The notes under the pieces are model-generated. The model worked only from the letters and a program-made list of their open reading frames with translations. It did no database searches and was not told the origin of the DNA. This document shows, piece by piece, positions 1 to 11,811 of a stretch of 64,000 nucleotides of DNA. How positions within the stretch are numbered: the stretch's first letter is position 1; each line of letters opens with the position of its first letter. The stretch comes from Chiloscyllium plagiosum (taxonomy: Eukaryota), in assembly GCF_004010195.1 (NCBI RefSeq), contig NC_057711.1, forward strand, positions 82,078,076 through 82,142,075, written 5' to 3'. The translations under genes were made by a program, and so were the position numbers.

Positions 1-407
1 GGTCGGGAAGAAGATTGCAGGTTAGGAAGGCGGTGCTGAGTTCGATGGATTTGACTGAGACAAGGTATTTCCCCTCCCCCCACCTTGTCTCAGTCAAATC
101 CATCGAATTCAGCACCGCCTTCCTAACCTGCAATCTTCTTCCTGACCTCTCCGCCCCCACCCCAGTCTGACCTATCACCCTCACCTTGACCTCTTTCCAC
201 CTATCGCATTTCCGACCCCCCTCCCCCAAGTCCCTCCTCCCTACCTTTTATCTTAGCCTGCTGGACAAACCTTCCTCATTCCTGAAGAAGGGCTTATGCC
301 CGAAACGTTGATTCTCCTGTTCCCTGGATGCTGCCTGACCTGCTGCGCTTTTTCAGCAACACATTTTCAGCTCTGATCTCCAGCATCTGCAGACCTCACT
401 TTCTCCA
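1..407 (+). mobile_element. Penelope-like element 3' terminal region (family A) with inverted 5' arm, cut by window edge
   Basis: 1-66 is the reverse complement of 83-148. Tail is near-identical to 3420-3669 and contains a hammerhead core at 278-313. Confidence 0.8.
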
Positions 408-1185
408 CACAGTACAGGTGAGCATATTATGTTCTACGGCCAGAACTTAATGCATGCAATAGGATTCCAGGGGCACTCTGGACAGCAACCACCAGAGTAG
501 TAATCCTTTTTAAGGACAATGCCCACTCTTAAGAGACGCCAGTCAGAAGACTGATAAATCAGAAGTGACACTAGAAGTGACAGTTGCTGTAGAGGCAGTA
601 CCTTATGAAGTAAGACACATCACGCGCCCTCACAGCTAAATTTATTTTTCATTCACATATGGGACATGGGCCTCACGGGCTGACCAGCATTTTCTGCCGA
701 TCCTTAGCTGCCCTTCAGAAGGTAGTGTGAGTGGCATCCTTGAATCGCTGTAGCCCATGTGATGTAGGGTAGACCCACAATGCACTAAAGAAGGGATTTC
801 CAGGATTTTGATCCACTGACAGTGAAGGATCAGCAATACATTTTCAAGTCAGGATGGACAGGAACTTGGAGGTGGTGGTGGTGTTCTCATATATCTGCTG
901 CCCTTGTCCTTCTAGATGGAAGTGATGGTGAGTTTGGAAGGTGCAGTCTAAGGATTTTTGGTGAATTTCTGAATGCATGTTATAGATTTGAGCATAGGTG
1001 ATGGAGTGACTAAATGTAGATATGGTACCAATCAAGCAAGTTCTTTGCCCTAGATGGTGTCAAGCTTCTTGAATGTTTCTAGTGCTGTATTCATCCAGAC
1101 AGAATTAAAAATCACACAACACCAGGTTATAGTCCAACAGGTTTATTTGGAAGCACTAGCTTTCAGAGGTAGTTCATCGGGTAGT

Positions 1186-1492
1186 TAGATTAGATTAGAT
1201 TACTTACAGTGTGGAAACAGGCCCTTCGGCCCAACAAGTCCACACCGACCCACCAAAGCGCAACCCACCCATTGCCCTACATTTGCCCCTTTTATCTAAC
1301 ACTACGGGCAATTTAGCATAGCCAATTCACCTGACCTGCACATCTTTGGACTGTGGGAGGAAACCGGAGCACCCGGAGGAAACCCACGCAGACACGGGGA
1401 GAATGTGCAAACTCCACACAGTCAGTCACCTGAGTCGGGAATTGAACCCGGGTCTCTGGCGCTGTGAGGCAGCAGTGCTAACCATGCCGCCC
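1186..1492 (-). mobile_element. HE1-like tRNA-derived SINE
   Basis: Reverse complement of the SINE at 27375-27688, with A/B-box-like head and (AATCT)n tail. Confidence 0.85.
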
Positions 1493-1735
1493 ACCACCAG
1501 TTGTGGAGCAGGACCATAAGACACAGAATATATAGCAAAATACTGCAGAGTCATGCAACTGAAATGATATATTGAACAAACCTAGTCGGGAATTGAACCC
1601 GGGTCTCTGGCGCTGTATGGCAGCAGTGCCACCGTGCCGCCCACCACCAGTTGTGGAGCAGGACCATAAGACACAGAATATATAGCAAAATACTGCAGAG
1701 TCATGCAACTGAAAATTATATATTGAACAAACCTA
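1433..1735. repeat. ~151-bp tandem duplication (2 copies) spanning a SINE/PLE junction
   Basis: agtcgggaattgaacccgg...gaacaaacct occurs at 1433-1583 and again at 1584-1735. Confidence 0.9.
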
Positions 1736-2561
1736 GATTGTTGTTAAGTCTTTTAGAATGAGTTGCAGGTTCGGTTCATTAATATGTAAATCCCAGAACT
1801 GGACTTGTTAGGCTGAAGGGCCTGTTTCCACACTGTAAGTAATCTAATCTAAACAAAAAAAACGTTATTTTTGTAAAAAAGTGGCCTCTCAGCTCAGACA
1901 ATGCAATAAAGGTGTGAGGTCAGAGTCTGTCTGTATCCCAATCTTGAGTCAGACTGGTTCTATTTCCTAAGTGGAATTTACAAAATATTACATTGTTTGA
2001 CTGCCTGCATTGACTGGCTGCAGATTGTGCATTGTTTGAGCAAATTAGAATGTATCTGCAAATATAATTCTGCAAATACAGATCCACCCCATAGACTTAT
2101 ATGTGTGTGCGCGTGCACGAGACAGAGAGAGAGAGAGAGAGAGAGACAGAGTGACTGTGTGTGCTTGTGAGTGCATGAGAGAGTGTGTGTTTGCATGTGT
2201 GTAAGCTTGGTAAAATGTGTGTGTGAGTGTGAGGCAGGTGAGGAATATTCCATTACATCTTTGACTTGTGCCTTGAAAATGATGGACAGGCTTTGGAGAG
2301 CGAGGAAGGGAGTTACTCACACAATATTCCTAACTTCTGACCTGCTCTTGTAGGCACTAGATTTATAATACAAATCCAGTTGAGTTTCTGGTCAATAGTA
2401 ACCTCCAGGATATTGATAGTGGGGGAATTCAGCAATGGTAACACCATTGAGTGTCAAGGAGCAATGGTTAGATTGTATCTTATTGGAGATAGCCATTGCC
2501 TGGATTTGTGTGGTGTGAATATTACTTACTACTTTTCAGTCCAAGGCTGGATGTTGTTCAG

Positions 2562-3669
2562 CCTCCCTCCCCTTCCTAGACCTTTCTGTTTCTATCTCAG
2601 GCGACCGAATCAACACGGACATCTACTACAAACCAACCGACTCCCACAGCTACCTGGACTACACCTCCTCCCATCCTGCCCCCTGTAAAAACGCCATCCC
2701 ATTCTCCCAATTCCTTCGTCTCCGCCGCATCTGCTCCCAGGAGGACCAGTTCAAAATACGTACAACACAGATGGCCTCCTTCTTCAAGGACCGCAATTTC
2801 CCCCCCGACATGGTCGACGGTGCCCTCCACCGCATCTCCTCCACTTCCCGCTCCTCCGCCCTTGAACCCCGCCCCTCCAACCGCCACCAGGACAGAACCC
2901 CACTGGTCCTCACCTACCACCCCACCAATCTCCATGTACAGCGCATCATCCGCCGTCAGGCCCAGAGGTGCTCTCTGAATTGCTCCGCAAGTAGGCGGCC
3001 TGTCTCCCCAATATAGAGGAGGCCACATCGGCTGCAGCGGATGCAGTAGATGATGTGGGTGGAGGTGCAGGTGAATCTGTGGCGGATATGGAAGTTTCCT
3101 TTGGGGTCTTGGAGAGAAGTGAGGGGGGAGGTGTGGGCGCAAGTGTTGACGTACCAACCCAACCACCCTGTAGCACAGCATTTCCACTCCCCCTCCCACT
3201 CCACCGAGGATATGCAGGTCATTGGACTCATCCACCGCCAAACCACAACAACCCGCCGGTCGGAGGGGGAGCGTCTTATCTTCCGACTGGGAGCCCTCCA
3301 ACCACAGGGGATGAACTTGGACTTCACCAGTTTCTCCCTCCCCCCACCTTGTCTCAGCCGAGTCCCTCCCGCCCGGCACCGCCTTCCTGGCCTGCAGTCT
3401 TCTTCTTGACCTCTCTGCCTCCATCCTACTCCGACCTATCACCCTCACCTTGACCTCTTTCCACCTATCACATTTCCAACGCCCCTCCTCCAAGTCCCTC
3501 CTCCCTACCTTTTATCTTCTCCTGCTGAACACTCTCTGCTCATTCCTGAAGAAGGGCCTGTGCCCGAAACGTCGAATCTCCTGTTCCCTGGATGCTGCCT
3601 GACCTGCTGTGCTGTTCCAGCAATAAAGTTTCAACTTTGATCTCCAGCATCTGCAGACCTCACTTTCTC
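2562..3669 (+). mobile_element. 5'-truncated Penelope-like element (RT C-terminus + GIY-YIG endonuclease, family A) with internal inversion
   Basis: Plus strand TDIYYKPTDSHSYLDYTSSHP...PLVLTYHP; minus strand IIYCIRCSRCGLLYIGETGR (GIY-YIG) at ~2959-3150; plus strand again PVAQHF...ERLIFRLGALQPQGMN. 15-bp TSD ctggatgttgttcag at 2547-2561 and 3670-3684. Confidence 0.9.
3542..3577 (+). ncRNA. Minimal type-I hammerhead ribozyme motif (PLE family A)
   Basis: AUUC-CUGAAGA-A-GGGC(CUGU)GCCC-GAAAC-GUC/GAAU. Stem I is AUUC:GAAU, helix III is the palindrome ACGU, and predicted cleavage is after 3573. Confidence 0.8.
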
Positions 3670-6600
3670 CTGGATGTTGTTCAGGTCTTACTACATTTGA
3701 ACATGAAATGCTTTAATATCTGAGAAGTACCAAATGGTTCTGAACATTGTTCAATCATCAATGACCATCCCCACTTCTGACCTTATGATGGAGGAAAGTT
3801 CATTGGTAAAGCAGCTGAAGATAGGCCTTGGAAACTACCCTGATGAACTTCTGCAGATACACCTTGCAGCTGAGATGACTGACATGCAACAACTACAACC
3901 ATCTTCCCATGTGCCAGACATGACTCCAACCACCAGAAAGTTGTCTCCTGATTACCAGTGACTCCACTTTTGCTAGGCCTCCTTGATACCACACTCAGTT
4001 GAATGTGGCCTTGATGTCAAGGGCTGTCACTCTCACCTCATCTCTGGTGCTTGAACCAAAAGTGTAACGAGGTCAGAATCTGACAGGGCCTCAGGGAATC
4101 CAAACTGGCATCAGTGTGCATATTATTGCTGAGCTAGGGCTGCTTTTTAGCACCACTGATGACACCTTCAGTCACTTTACTGATGATTGAGAATAGATTG
4201 ATGGTTGGGTTGGATTTGTCCAGCTTTTTGTGAACAAGACATACCTGGGCAATTTTTCATATTGTCAGGTTGACAGTCTTGGAGCTACACTGGAAGCTTG
4301 ACTAGGGGTGCAACAAGTTCTGAACCACAAGTCTTCAGTACTGTTGCTGGAATGTTGCCATGGCCCATAGATTTTCCAGTATCCAGTGCCTCCAATTGTT
4401 TCTTGATATCACATGCAGGAATTGAATTAGCTGAAAAGTGGCCTCTCTTATACTGGATCATCTACTCAGCACTTCTGGCTGAAGATAGCTGCGATTATGT
4501 CAGCCTTATCTTTTGCACTAATCTGCTCTGCTCTCCCATCATTGGGCACCAGAGTATTTGCAGAGGCTCCTCCTCCAGTGAGTTGTTTAATTGTTCACTA
4601 CCATTCACAACTGAAGGGGCAGGACTGCAGAGTTTAGATCCATTGATTGTGGGATCATTTAGCCCTGACTATCATTTGTGCTAATGCTGTTTGGCACACA
4701 AGTAGTCTTGTTTGATAGTTTCACCAAGTCAACACTTCAGTTTTAGATATGCCTGGTGCTATTCCTGGCATGTCCTCCTGCACTGTTCAGAGAACCAGGG
4801 CTGATTCCTGGCTTGATAGCAATGGTAGAGAGTGGGATATGCTGAGCCATGTGGTGATAAATTGTATTGGAGTATGATTCTGCTACTGCTGACAGACCAT
4901 AGTGCCTCATAGGTACCAGTCTTGAGTTGCTAGATCTGTTTGAAGTCTGTCCTATTTCGGACAGTGATAATGCTACACAACACTGTAAAGCACTATCGTT
5001 GTGAAAACGGGAAAGGTGTTATCAATGGGAAAGTGGGACTTTGTCTCCACAAGGACTCTACAATGGTCACTCTTATGAATACTCTCATGGGCAGATGGAA
5101 CTGTGGCAGACATATTCATGAGGATGAGGTCAAGTATTTTATCCCTCTTGCTGGTTTCCTCACCATCTGCTGCAAACCCAGTTGAGCAGCTATGTCCTTT
5201 AGGACATGACCAGCTGAACCAGTAGTTTTGCTGCCAAACCTCGCTTGGTGATGGACGTTGAAATTCCCTACATTTTGTACCCTTGTCATCCTCAGTGTTT
5301 CCTCCAAGCGTTGTTCAACATGGAGGAACACAGTCATCAGTTGAGGGAGAATAATACATGGTAATCAGCAAGAGGATTCCTTGCCCATGTTTGACCTGAT
5401 GTCATGAAACTTCATGGTGTCTGGAGTAAATGTTGAGGTCTCCCAGGGCACCTTCTCTCAAATCTATACCACTGTGCCTCCAACTCTGCTGGGTCTGTCC
5501 TGTTGGTGGGGACAGGACACATCCAGGGATGGTGACACTTGTATCTGAAGCATTGGTTGTAAGGTAAGATTCTGTGAGTGTGACTATGTCAGGTGCAAAT
5601 TAAGAAATTTCTGGAGAAACTCAGTGAGTCTGGCAGCATCTGTGGAGAGAAAGCAGAGGTAACATTTCAGGTCTAGTGATCCTTCTTCAGAACACAGGAC
5701 GTTGCTTGTCTAGTCTGAGAGACAGCTCTCCCAATTATGGCACTTGCCCCCATATGTTAGTAAGGAGGTCTTTGCAGGGTTAACAGAGCTGTTTTTGCTC
5801 TTGCCATTTCTGGTGCCTAGGATTATGCCAAGTGATCAATTCAGGTTCATTTCTTTTTTGAGACTTCATAGCGATGGCTATAACTGAGTAGTTTACCAGG
5901 CCATTTCAAAGGGCAGTTAAAAGTCAACGACATTGCTATGGGTCTGGAGTCACATGTAGGCCAGACCAGATAAGGATAGTAGAGTTCCTTCCCTGAAGAA
6001 CATTTGTCACTCAGATGGGTCTTCTGACAATTGACATTGGTCATTAGTCTCTTAATTCCTGATGTTTATTGAATTCAAATTCCACTAGCTGCCATGATGG
6101 GATTTGAACCCAGGTCCCCAGAACATTAGTTGAGTTTCTGGATTCATAGGTTTGTGATAAAACCATTGAGCCAAAAAGAAGTTGCAGTTTGATGCCATCA
6201 AAGCCAGTCAAGAAAGCACCGGGAGTTAATAGAAGGCCGATGGTGAGGTCAGGCAGCCCAAAGAGAAAGGTTGCCAGCCATCTGGAAAACCACGAGCAGC
6301 AGGAACACAACCTTATGTGGGGACTTGTGGCTCAGTAAGCCACTGCAGAAGGGTCTTCTGTTACCTTTTCTGCTGGGGCAAGTTGACCTGACAGCAGGAA
6401 AATAACAAGTCATTCCCCTTTCTGACCATTCACAAGAACACCCATTTCTTAGCTCATTCCCAGGCTGCTGAAAAATTTCAGCTCCTTGTAAAATAGAAAT
6501 TCATATTAAAGTGGCACAGTTTAATGAATGAATTAATTGTATAAAGATACTTTTAAAACTGTCAAATTCATTCCCTTCAGCATTTTACACAACAGCTTCA

Positions 6601-6934
6601 TCAAATTCATTCTCAATGATTTTGACTGCAGCATCATCTTAAGGATCCCAATTTGGATCAGATGTGAAGCTTTTGTTTTCAGAGTCAGTCCTCAACAACA
6701 AGTCATCTTCCTTCCCATTCACTGAATTAGATATTCTGCATTTTTTTATGATCTAGTGACAATTGGTACACAAATAGTATTGCATGATTTAAGAGCGAAA
6801 CCACACAAAACATCAGTTGGGGTAGCACTCATATTTCCACTTCTTAGGAAAGGTTTCCTCCATCAACCATTCACTTCTTTCTTTTGGTGCACACATAATC
6901 CTTGAATGGTTCGGTGAGTATATTCAAAGTTTGA

Positions 6935-8403
6935 ACATCATCATTGGCAATCACCTGGCAAATTCCATGTCACTGGTCATGGGTTCTGTGAAAGGTTGTG
7001 TGGTTGATGAGCCCAATACCAGAGCCGTATCACTGGCCACACATTTGACAGGTGTTTCTGAAAAGTGGAAATTGTTCTTGGCCTTGAGATCCCTGGCATT
7101 CCCTTCTCAGGTCCCTTTTCCAGACTCTCTCTTGCCAACAGGTGTTCGCAAAGAATAGTGTCGCTTCCTATGTCCACCTTCCCACCCAGTCAGTTTCTCC
7201 TGAGCGAGGCTCTCCATTGCATTGACATTTATTGACACCTATGTTTCATTTTTAGAGGTAAGCCTTCAGGAAGACTTTTAGCCATTTCCTTGGTCCTCCT
7301 CTCATTTGAGTGCCTTCCTTGAGTTGGGCAAAGAAGATTTGCTTTGGTAGTCTTCAACTCCTTCTCCCACTCCCCCAAGGATGTGCAAATCCTGGGCCTC
7401 CTTCATCGCCAAATCCAAGCCATAACTGGAGGAAGAACGCCTCATCTTCCGGCTTGGCACCCTTCAACCACATGGCATCAACATCGACTTCACTAGTTTC
7501 CAAACATCCCCGCCCACCTCATCCCATAACCAACCTCCAACCTCTTGACCTGTCCTACCCCTCCATCTTCCTTCACATCTATCCACTCCAAGCCCCACCG
7601 ACCTATCACAATTACCCACCATCTGCATCCACCTATCGCCTTCCTAGCATACTTCCCCCCATTCCCACCCCAACCATTTATCACTCAGCCCCCTTCCCGC
7701 TCCACACTCCTGATGAAGGGCTTATGCCCGAAACGTCGACTCTCCTGCTCCTCAGAAGCTGCATGACCTGCTGTGCTGTTGCAGCACTGCACTTTTCAAC
7801 CTTGGTAGTCAGAACTCAGGCATCCTAAAGCCCAGCTGAGTTGTTTTTGATGACCATGGCTTCAATATTGGTGCCGTTGCTGCTTCAACCATGCTGATGT
7901 TAGTAAAATGCCTTTCTAACTGATGCATAGAATCCATCTCGAGCAGCACTTATGGTACTGCTACAGAGTCTTGAAGTGGTATCCATATGTGGTCCAAGTT
8001 TCAGAGCCATATAGAAGAATCAGATGGATAACCGCCTCATGCACAAGAATCTTCTATCAGTAGAAGATTCTCAATCTTAAGCTTCCAAAGGTAGTGCTCA
8101 AAGATTGGATGCAATGTTGGATTCCTGCATCAATGCCAGCCCTAGATGAGAGGTAGCTTCCCTGGTAGTGGAAATGTTCCACATTTGGGAGGATTTCTCC
8201 ATTGATCTTAATGGAGGAATAGACCTGGAACTTGAGTCTTCTTGCGGTTGAGGCTGAGACCAATTCTTCAGTACGCATCCATAAAAACTTTAAGCAAAGT
8301 TCTTCAAAGACAGCAGAGATGACATTGTCATTTGCATATTGAAGTTCCATGAGCAATGTTGGTGTTGTTTCCTTCTTAGATTTCTACTGGTTGAGGTTGA
8401 TCT
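6935..8403 (-). mobile_element. 5'-truncated RTE-clade LINE
   Basis: MELQYAND, IKINGEILPNVEHFHYQGSYLS, LLYGSETWT, RLPKQIFFAQLKEG, a C-terminal CQMCG...IGLINH zinc-finger remnant and a (GAT)n tail at ~6936-6944. Confidence 0.85.
7353..7801 (+). mobile_element. Penelope-like 3' fragment nested in the RTE
   Basis: EERLIFRLGTLQPHGINIDF. Hammerhead core at 7706-7741. 9-bp TSD ttggtagtc at 7344-7352 and 7802-7810. Confidence 0.85.
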
Positions 8404-9829
8404 ACAGTCTAGGTAAAACTATGGTGTGGGTGTTGCTTCTTTGCAAGCATTTCTTGATATCATTGATTATTTAGGATCTGCACATCTCCTATACTGATAT
8501 GTTGCATTCCTCACAAGAAACCACCAGGGTATCTATTACATATATCATTGATCTATAATCTCACTCCATCCTCATGAATCCCACCAATATCATAGACATA
8601 AATAAATAACCATGCAGAAAACTTAATGTTCAGCATGGTTTTACATTTAAAAATTACCATAGGCTTTTAATGCATTCTGTCAGCAATGAAGACCTGTACT
8701 TCTGTGAGTCTGTTCTTTCATGTCCAGTTATTTTCATGAGAATTATATTTATTCCATGGTTTGGTTGTTGAGCAAATTGATGCACTTTTGATTCATGTCG
8801 CCAATATGACCTAATGTATACTCAAGTTCTTGCTGCTGTGTTCTGATGATTCATTAGAAACTGGTAATTTTAGCTTCAAAGTCTTTGATAGACTCTGATC
8901 AATCTTGGTCTTCTGCAACAATACTTAGACAAGACAGTTATAGCAACTAATTGTTGATTTGAAATTTTCATTGGAGTCAGGAGTTGATTTGGCCTACAAA
9001 TACTCATTTCATTTCTGATGATGAGGTAACTTATTTCACAATTTTTGAGGAATCTCTCCAATATGTATTTGTCAAGATCAGATCAGTAGCTAGCCCCTGT
9101 TCCGATGGCATATTTGGCTTTCAGCATCATGTTTCATTCTCACACCGGTCTTCACTAACATCAAATTCCCTCACTGCAGCACAATTAATTGATGAGCGAG
9201 CAAGTGTTACAACTTTTGGCTTGAAAGCAACATCATGTTTAATTTACAGTTGCGGGAAATCTGAAACAAAAGCAGCGAGTGCCTGAGAAACAACTGGTCT
9301 CGCAACATGCGTTGAGAGCAAAAGAGAACTCATGTTTTGAGTGTCGTCCTGAAGGATTACTGGATTTGAAAAGCTAACTCTGTTTTTCTCTCAACAGATG
9401 TTGCAAGAGCTGCTACGTTTTCCATACGTTTTGTTTAATATATTTTGCTAGAGGACTAAGCTTTGTTCATTATTTGCCATGATATATACAATCTGGTTTG
9501 TGTGGACATGCCTTAACACCTACACAAATTCGCACAACATATCCCTTATCACCTATTTGATCCCATGTGCCCACATACATCATAAGCTGAGTAATACAAG
9601 CATTTCTAATATGAAAAATTGAGACTATTAATACAAGTAGAGCATTCTGTATATTCAAAAGCATGACTTTATGCACCAAAGAAATTAGGTCAATTTATAC
9701 ATAATGATCTATGGTTACAATACAGATTTCCCTCTTGCAAATGGTTACAGATCACTGACTTCGAAAACAAGAGAAGCAAGAATAAGTACTTTCCTTAAAC
9801 ATCTTTTAAGATACTTAGGCTGTGGTGAG

Positions 9830-10605
9830 CTTGCCAATTGGAGGTTGTTTTTCAGTCTGGAGGCTTGTGACCAGCGGTGTTCTACAGGAATTGGTGTTGG
9901 GTCCACTATTATTTGTCATTTACATAAAGGATTTAAATAAGAATATGGAAGTCATGGTTCATAAGTTTGTGGATAATTTATGGTTTTGTGGACAGTGACG
10001 AATGTTATCAAACATTACAAAGAGATCTTGATCAATTGGGTCAATGGGCTGAAGAGTGGCAGATGAAGTTTAATTTGGATAAATGTGAGGTATAGCAAGC
10101 AAACAAGTGCAAGACTTGTACACTTAGAAGTAGGGCCTTGGGTGGTGTTGTAGAACAGAGAAACCTAGGGGTTCAGGTACATAATTCTTCAAAGTTTGCA
10201 TCACGCTTAAATAGGGTGGTTAAGAAGGTGTTTAGCATGCTTGCCTATATTGCTCAGACCTCTGAGTATCGGAGTTGGGACAGTACATTGAGGTTGCACA
10301 GGACATTGATGAGGTCTTTTCTGAACTAATGTGTCGCCTTGTTGTAAGAAGTATGTTATTAAGCTGGAGAGGGTTCAAAAGAGATTTGACTTCTAAGGAG
10401 AACTGGTTAGGCTGGGACTTCTTTCACTGAGCGTAGGAGGTTGAGGGGCAACCTTATAGAGGTTTATAAAATCATGAGGGGCATGGATAAGGTGAATGGC
10501 AGGAGCCTTTTCCCCAGTGTGCAGGATTTTAAGCGGGCATATTTTTCATGTGAGAAGAGAAAAGTTTAAAGAAAACATGAGGGGCAATGTTTTACACAGA
10601 CAGCA
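9830..10605 (+). mobile_element. CR1 (HER1-like) LINE RT fragment, degenerate
   Basis: WAEEWQMKFNLDKCEV and RNLGVQVHNS motifs, homologous to 60556-61254. Confidence 0.85.
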
Positions 10606-10728
10606 TGATCTCGCATGGCAGAGCAAACTCAAGGAACCGATTGACTGCTCCTGCTCCCATATTCCTATGCGCTTTAAATTGAGTAAGTGCTGACTCGAAC
10701 TATATAAATGAAGGGAAGCTTAGAAAAT

Positions 10729-11070
10729 GGACATGGAATGGTAGCTCAGTGGTTAGCACTGCTGCCTCACAGCAGCAGGGATTCAGGATCAATTCCACCC
10801 ACAGGGATGGAAGTTTGTGTGGAGTTTGCACATTCTCCACGTCTGTGTGGGTATTCTCCAGGTGCTCCAGTTTCCTCCCACAGTCTAAAGATGTGCAGGT
10901 TAAGTGGATTGGTCATGCTAAATTGCCCATAGTGTCCAGGAATGTGTAAACTAAGTAGATTTGCGACGGGAAATGCAGGGTTATAGGGATGGGGTGGGTC
11001 TGGGTGGGATACTCTTCGGAGGGTCGGTATGACCTCGATGAGTTGAATGGCTTCTTTCCACACTGTAGGA
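10729..11070 (+). mobile_element. HE1-like SINE
   Basis: tggtagctcagtggttagcactgctgcctcacagc head; body homologous to the other copies. Confidence 0.85.
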
Positions 11071-11811
11071 ATTTTATAAAACACGGCAAAATCAACTTCT
11101 TCTGTACTGAAGCCTATTCCAAGATATTTAAGTTGATTGAGGTGTTAGGTTGGCATCTCACCATTAGAATGCATAGATCAGATTTGTATTAATAATCATG
11201 TCCTCTTATTCCTTTCATCCATTCTTGTACTGATGTGAAAGTGCAATATCAATAAAAACATTAAAGGACTAGTTTATGTTGTTGGCTGTAAAGAAGATCA
11301 ATTGTCATTACCAACTAGTGAGTCCAAAATGACTCAGAATATGCAGTGTGTGTCAGTTCAGCTCTCAAAAGCATACTAACTCTACCAGATATATATTACA
11401 TTTATTAGACATGCTTTTAACATCCATTAGATGTCTGTGATCTGGCTTTTCCTGTTTCTACATTCCATTCCCATTCCCATTCAAACAGCCAGACCACCTC
11501 ATGATCCAAATGTGTCTAATTTCCAAGAGGTTACCTTTATTCTTTTACTCACACATGCTCTAGGCCAATTTCATAAAACACAGAACTGTGGATGCTGGAA
11601 ATCTAAAACAAAAGCAGAAATTGCTGAAATCCTGAAGAAGGGTCATTGGACTCAAAATGTTAACTCTGTTTTATCTCCACAGATACTACAAAACATGCTA
11701 GTTTCCCCAACAATTTCTATTTTTGCTCTGGACCAATACTTTATTTCTTTAACACTACCACCACCACTCCCTCTGTCTTTTGTTCCATGAATATGAAAAA
11801 GTGTTGCCATG

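Larger units (their letters stand above)
1103..2232 (-). mobile_element. Penelope-like element (family B) 3' portion ending in GA/GT microsatellite
   Basis: Highly similar to 28194-28820, which is attached to a GIY-YIG-encoding PLE. Confidence 0.75.
642..6172 (-). mobile_element. Degenerate near-full-length L2/CR1-group LINE (APE-RT) with SINE-like 5' leader, interrupted by younger insertions
   Basis: Minus strand gives APE N-terminus LTNIWGQVP.LGELSLRLDKQ..DIVTLTES (~5560-5780), GNFNVHH...QMVRKPARG (ORF 5116-5337) and RT remnants. 3' tail at ~642-730. Homologous to plus-strand copies at 11812-14175 and 36495-38540. Confidence 0.75.
6540..9245 (-). pseudogene. Fossil pogo-type (POGK-like) DDD transposase, split by an RTE insertion
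   Basis: Frameshifted minus-strand translation: HDVAFKPKVVTLARSSINCAAVREFDVSE (Brinker-type DBD), KDFEAKITSF, YTLGHIGDMNQ, KITGHER, KPMVIFKCKT, GGIHEDGVRL (8405-9245); then LNILTEPFKDYV...CRISNSVNGKEDDLL (6540-6930). Confidence 0.8.

Noticed and set aside
2597..3493. Longest ungapped ORF (298 aa, minus strand)
   Set aside because: Mostly antisense or off-frame reading of the Penelope insertion; no independent protein motif.
10729..10800. tRNA genes at SINE heads (also 27375, 33210, 51369, 63553)
   Set aside because: They are tRNA-derived SINE promoters continuing into SINE body and tail, not standalone tRNAs.
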